Source: Minisyncoccota bacterium (GTDB lineage Bacteria; Patescibacteriota; Microgenomatia; UBA1400; PJMF01). From it: a stretch of 64,000 nucleotides of DNA. The stretch spans positions 42,074-106,073 of the forward strand of contig JAACWQ010000004.1 in NCBI GenBank assembly GCA_009991965.1, written 5' to 3'. The position numbers and the translations under genes were made by a program. Positions 59,747 to 64,000 of this stretch are shown one piece after another (positions within the stretch are counted from its first letter, which is position 1; each line of letters opens with the position of its first letter). The notes under the pieces are model-generated. The model saw nothing but the letters and a program-made list of their open reading frames with translations, was not told the DNA's origin and did not search any database.

Positions 59747-62083
59747 ATGAAATTTAGTAGACAACACAAGCAAGCTGGCAAAGATTTACAACAAATTATC
59801 GGCGGTCTATTTGTCGGTGTTACGACAAGAAAAAATCGATCAAAGCGCTCGCTCCGTCCCTGGGTATGGTTGGCGCTCGGAGGATTATTTGCTGTAGTAG
59901 TCGGGCTCCTCTACTTACTGCGAGATTTACCCTCGCCAAAAAAACTGCAAACAAGCGAATCATACGCGGTGAGCTCGCAAATTTTTGATCGTAATGGCGT
60001 GCTGCTCTACGAAATTATTGGCAATGAACACCGCATTCCTATCAAGCTGTCCGATCTTCCTGACCATGTCGTACAAGCCGTCGTGGCCATTGAGGACAAG
60101 AATTTTTATACACATTGGGGTTTTGATATTAGTGGAATTGCCCGCGCGCTCAAGGCAAATATTACCGGTGGCCAAGTACAAGGTGGCTCGACTATTACCC
60201 AACAATTGGTAAAAAATGCATTGCTAAGTCGAGAAAAAACCTTTACCAGAAAAATTAAAGAAGGCGTACTCGCCATGATTACCGAGCTCATCTACAGCAA
60301 AGATGAAATTATGGAAATGTACCTTAACTACATTTCGTATGGTGGTAACTCAGTTGGGATAGAGGCGGCCGCACAAACGTACTTTGATAAAAGTGCCAAA
60401 GATCTCACGTTATCCGAAGCCGCATTATTGGCTGGTCTGCCACAAGCGCCAACAAAGTACTCTCCGTTTGGTTCCACACCAGAAAAAGGTAAAGAGCGAC
60501 AACAAGCAGTTCTTCGCCGCATGGCAGAAGATGGCTATATTACCAAGATCGAAGAAGCGGCTGCGGCCAGTGATCCAATCCAATTTGCAATTAGTCGCAG
60601 TGATATAGAGGCACCTCACTTCGTTTTTTATGTTCGTGATTTATTGTATGAAGAGTTTGGTGTTGATACTGTTGAGCGTGGCGGTTTGCGCGTTACAACT
60701 ACCCTCGATCTTGAATTGCAAAAAACCGCAGAGGCTTCGCTCAGCGCAGAGCTCGCGACGCTCGAGCGCTACGATGTTAGCAATGGTGCAGCCCTCGTCA
60801 TCAAGCCAAATACTGGTGAGATCCTTGCCATGGTTGGGAGCAAAGATTACTTTGATAGCGAAAATGATGGGCAAGTAAATGTCACTCTGGCAGAACGGCA
60901 ACCAGGTAGTTCAATCAAGCCACTCATGTACGCAACTGCATTTCAAGACAAGACGCTCAATCCTGGCAGTATTCTGATCGACGCACCTACCTGTTTTACT
61001 TCTGCGGGTCAAAAACCATATTGTCCAAAAAATTATGATGGTTCGTATAGCGGACCTGTTCCTGTCCGACGCTCACTTGCCAACTCGCTCAACATTACTG
61101 CTGTCAAAGCGTTGCGCACTATAGGAGTAGAACGTTTTATGGAAATGGCCACCGCACTTGGCATAACCACCTGGACCGATCCAAGTCGCTATGGTCTGTC
61201 ACTCACCCTGGGCGGCGGTGAAGTTCGCATGATTGATATGGCACAGGCGTTCGGCACACTCGCCAATGAGGGGATCAAGGTACCACTGAGTTCCATTTTA
61301 AAAATCGAAGATTACAAAGGTACTGTTTTTCGTGAGCTCGATCGCGACAAACGAGTGGCTGATTTAGAATTTTTGTCTGAGTACGACGAACAAACTGCTG
61401 GCGATTTATCCAGAGTAATGGATCGCGCACCAGCCTATTTAGTCAGTCATATTTTGCAAGACAATGCAGCGCGACAACAAGCCTTTGGTTTGCGATCAGA
61501 ACTCGTAGTTCCCAATCAAATCGTCAGTGTCAAAACTGGCACAACCAATGACCTGCGCGATAACTGGACTATCGGGTACACGCCAGAATATTTGGTAGCA
61601 ACCTGGGTGGGAAATAATAACAATACTCGTATGAACGGCCGGGTGGTGTCTGGAGTCACCGGTGCTGCCCCTATTTTCAATGACATCATGCGATTTATTT
61701 TGGCAGGCAAAGATCCTGTTTGGCAAAGCAAGCCACCTGACGTACTCTCTGCCCAAGTGTGCGCTCACGGCTTACCACCAACGCCTGGTGACAACTGCCA
61801 CGCCAAAGATCAAGAACTGTACTGGGATCAAAGCGTTCCCTCACGCTCGCTCGCAGTTCGTAAGAACACTTGGATTGATCCAACCACTGGCTTACCACCA
61901 AAGCCTGGCGAACAAATTGAAGGACTCATACTTGAAGAACGATCGCTTTTTCAAGATCCTGTTACCGATTATTATTGTTCTGACTGTTCAAGACCAATCG
62001 ATGCAGAAGGCAGAGTTCAGTACGAACAACGCACCGTGCCACAAGAATATCAAATTCAGCCATATTCTGGCACAGAACAATGA
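59747..62083 (+). CDS. Class A penicillin-binding protein
   Basis: EDKNF, GGSTITQQL, RKIKE, SSIK, SLN, KTG. Confidence 0.95.
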   Translation: MKFSRQHKQAGKDLQQIIGGLFVGVTTRKNRSKRSLRPWVWLALGGLFAVVVGLLYLLRDLPSPKKLQTSESYAVSSQIFDRNGVLLYEIIGNEHRIPIKLSDLPDHVVQAVVAIEDKNFYTHWGFDISGIARALKANITGGQVQGGSTITQQLVKNALLSREKTFTRKIKEGVLAMITELIYSKDEIMEMYLNYISYGGNSVGIEAAAQTYFDKSAKDLTLSEAALLAGLPQAPTKYSPFGSTPEKGKERQQAVLRRMAEDGYITKIEEAAAASDPIQFAISRSDIEAPHFVFYVRDLLYEEFGVDTVERGGLRVTTTLDLELQKTAEASLSAELATLERYDVSNGAALVIKPNTGEILAMVGSKDYFDSENDGQVNVTLAERQPGSSIKPLMYATAFQDKTLNPGSILIDAPTCFTSAGQKPYCPKNYDGSYSGPVPVRRSLANSLNITAVKALRTIGVERFMEMATALGITTWTDPSRYGLSLTLGGGEVRMIDMAQAFGTLANEGIKVPLSSILKIEDYKGTVFRELDRDKRVADLEFLSEYDEQTAGDLSRVMDRAPAYLVSHILQDNAARQQAFGLRSELVVPNQIVSVKTGTTNDLRDNWTIGYTPEYLVATWVGNNNNTRMNGRVVSGVTGAAPIFNDIMRFILAGKDPVWQSKPPDVLSAQVCAHGLPPTPGDNCHAKDQELYWDQSVPSRSLAVRKNTWIDPTTGLPPKPGEQIEGLILEERSLFQDPVTDYYCSDCSRPIDAEGRVQYEQRTVPQEYQIQPYSGTEQ

Positions 62084-63330
62084 GTTACGGTACTTTTGTC
62101 AAACAGCATCGTGACAAAAAACCGCACTGGTTGCGTCGTCATAAGTGGCATATAAAATTGAGTGTCGTTGGTGTCTGTATATTTATTGCCGCGATGGCTA
62201 TCGCACTTTGGTGGTTCTGGGATCAACCGTTAGTTACTCCACTAACCAATCTTTCTTCTTTTCGCTTTTTGCAAAAACCTGAGTCACAACATGGTCATAA
62301 TAAAGTTGTATATGGCTTTCTTCCATACTGGAATCTCTCAGATGCAATCCTGCAGCCAGAGCTTACTCACTTGTCCTACTTTGCACTGACCATTGGTGGC
62401 AACGGAGAAGTTCGTTTGCAAGATGATGGCAATGTGGAACCTGGATATAACAAACTCAAGAGTGATCAGCTACTCGACCTCATCAATCTGGCTGCAAACC
62501 AAGACACTCAGTTTGAGCTCGTTCTATCTCAGTTTCTAGTTGATGATATTTCGGCGTTTTTAGCTTCAGAAAAAGCACAGCAAAAACTGATTGAAACACT
62601 CGATGGCGTCATCCTCGCGTATCCAATCAGTGGCATCAATATCGATATCGAACTCAATGGCACACCAAGTGAAAGACAACGCCAGCAGCTTGTTACGTTT
62701 GTGACAAATTTACGCCAGCATTTAGATGCTCGCTATAAAGGCATGATGCTCAGCATCGATATGTATGCCGGTGCATCAAACAATAAACAACTATGGGACA
62801 TTCCCGCCCTCGCGCCAGTGGTCGATTATGTCATCGTTATGGCTTACGACTTTCACCAGAGAAGCTCGCCACAAGCCGGTCCTGTTGCTCCATTATTTGG
62901 TGGCAATGAGCTTTGGGACAGCGACATCAATGAACATCTGAAAAGATTTTTGGAATATATGCCACGAGAAAAAGTTTTATTGGGTGTACCGTTTTATGGT
63001 TATGAATGGCAAACCGAAAACCGTGGTGCACAGTCATCTACTTTTCCAGAAACTGGCTCTGCGGCAAAGATCACTCGGGTCAAGGAATTACTTTCCAAAT
63101 CGAAAGAACTCAGGGTAGAAGAACACTGGAATGAGGAAGCGCTCTCACCCTACCTGACCTACATGGAGGATGGAGAAACATTTGTCTTGTACTATGAAGA
63201 TTCTCGCTCTCTTTCTTATAAACTAGACTACGTCAATCAATTAGATCTCGCTGGCATTGCCATTTGGGCGCTTGGATACGAAGGTGATTCTCGTGAACTT
63301 TGGGATGTCATTAATCGCAAGTTAGATTAA
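62080..63330 (+). CDS. GH18 family glycoside hydrolase, membrane anchored
   Basis: GINIDIE, MAYDF, LGVPFYG, IWALG. Confidence 0.88.
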   Translation: MSYGTFVKQHRDKKPHWLRRHKWHIKLSVVGVCIFIAAMAIALWWFWDQPLVTPLTNLSSFRFLQKPESQHGHNKVVYGFLPYWNLSDAILQPELTHLSYFALTIGGNGEVRLQDDGNVEPGYNKLKSDQLLDLINLAANQDTQFELVLSQFLVDDISAFLASEKAQQKLIETLDGVILAYPISGINIDIELNGTPSERQRQQLVTFVTNLRQHLDARYKGMMLSIDMYAGASNNKQLWDIPALAPVVDYVIVMAYDFHQRSSPQAGPVAPLFGGNELWDSDINEHLKRFLEYMPREKVLLGVPFYGYEWQTENRGAQSSTFPETGSAAKITRVKELLSKSKELRVEEHWNEEALSPYLTYMEDGETFVLYYEDSRSLSYKLDYVNQLDLAGIAIWALGYEGDSRELWDVINRKLD

Positions 63331-63361
63331 GCACACTTTCTGTAGTAAAAGTGCTGCATTC

Positions 63362-64000
63362 ATGGTAATATCCGGATCGGTGAAAGCGCACAAAAAGAAT
63401 ACTACTGAATCAGAATCACTCAGAAAATATCTAATTGATTTTGCTGCATCTCGCTCTCTTCGGTACCAAAAAAAAGAAGCAAAAAGTAAAAAGTCCACAA
63501 CTGTTTTTTCTCAGTCAAGACAGCGCAGATCAGAACAATTGGTTTCTCTCCTCAAATACCTCTGGTTACTAAAGTATTCAGCTACTTTTTCTTATAAAAA
63601 CCTGCTGCCTTCGCTGCTCAAGCAGCTGAAAACTCGGATACGAATAAGAGTACGAGTGCCAAAAATACTACGAAATCTTCTTATACATATTTTCCGCCCC
63701 TATGCGCTTACATTCCGTTTTTATCCAAAACAAACCGGCATTGTTATCACAATACTCGCAACGCTATTTGCTGGCGCATTTTTTGTACACGAATACATTT
63801 TTCGAGATTTACCTGATGCACAACTACTTACAACAACCCAACCCGCACTCACGACCAGAATTCTCGATCGCAATGGCGAAGTTTTATATCGCATTTACAA
63901 AGATGAGAATAGAACACCTATAGCGCTATCAGAAATTCCCGATACGCTCATCAATGCAACAATTGCAATTGAAGATCAAGAGTTCTATCTACATCACGGC
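63362..64000 (+). CDS. Class A PBP, N-terminal part (runs off window)
   Basis: Hand-translated open frame ending ..ILDRNGEVLY..IAIEDQEFYLHHG. Confidence 0.85.
   Translation, partial: MVISGSVKAHKKNTTESESLRKYLIDFAASRSLRYQKKEAKSKKSTTVFSQSRQRRSEQLVSLLKYLWLLKYSATFSYKNLLPSLLKQLKTRIRIRVRVPKILRNLLIHIFRPYALTFRFYPKQTGIVITILATLFAGAFFVHEYIFRDLPDAQLLTTTQPALTTRILDRNGEVLYRIYKDENRTPIALSEIPDTLINATIAIEDQEFYLHHG

Overview
Bacterial chromosome segment in standard code 11. The gene style suggests a Patescibacteria/CPR (Microgenomates-like) genome, which is an inference. Housekeeping blocks: pnp 5' end, rpsO-infB-nusA, hrcA-grpE-dnaK..dnaJ, ftsH, trpS, groES/EL, yidC, tsaC-tsaE fusion plus tsaD, nrdR plus intein-containing class II nrdJ, and PBPs. 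These are interleaved with accessory clusters holding three type II TA pairs and several disrupted genes. The main discovery is a ~7.85 kb integrated element (34676-42536) at the 3' end of an initiator tRNA-Met, bounded by an 8-bp CATTGTTG core. Its large serine recombinase gene is cut by its own att site, so excision would add a 38-aa C-terminal tail in frame. It carries a TerS-like gene, an Xre switch and switch-like RNA leaders. It also carries a retron-like cassette: a structured ~450-nt leader containing a hidden 53-aa ORF, an HTH gene and a divergent RT with an FVDD motif. All calls come from manual motif reading; no searches or folding programs were run.
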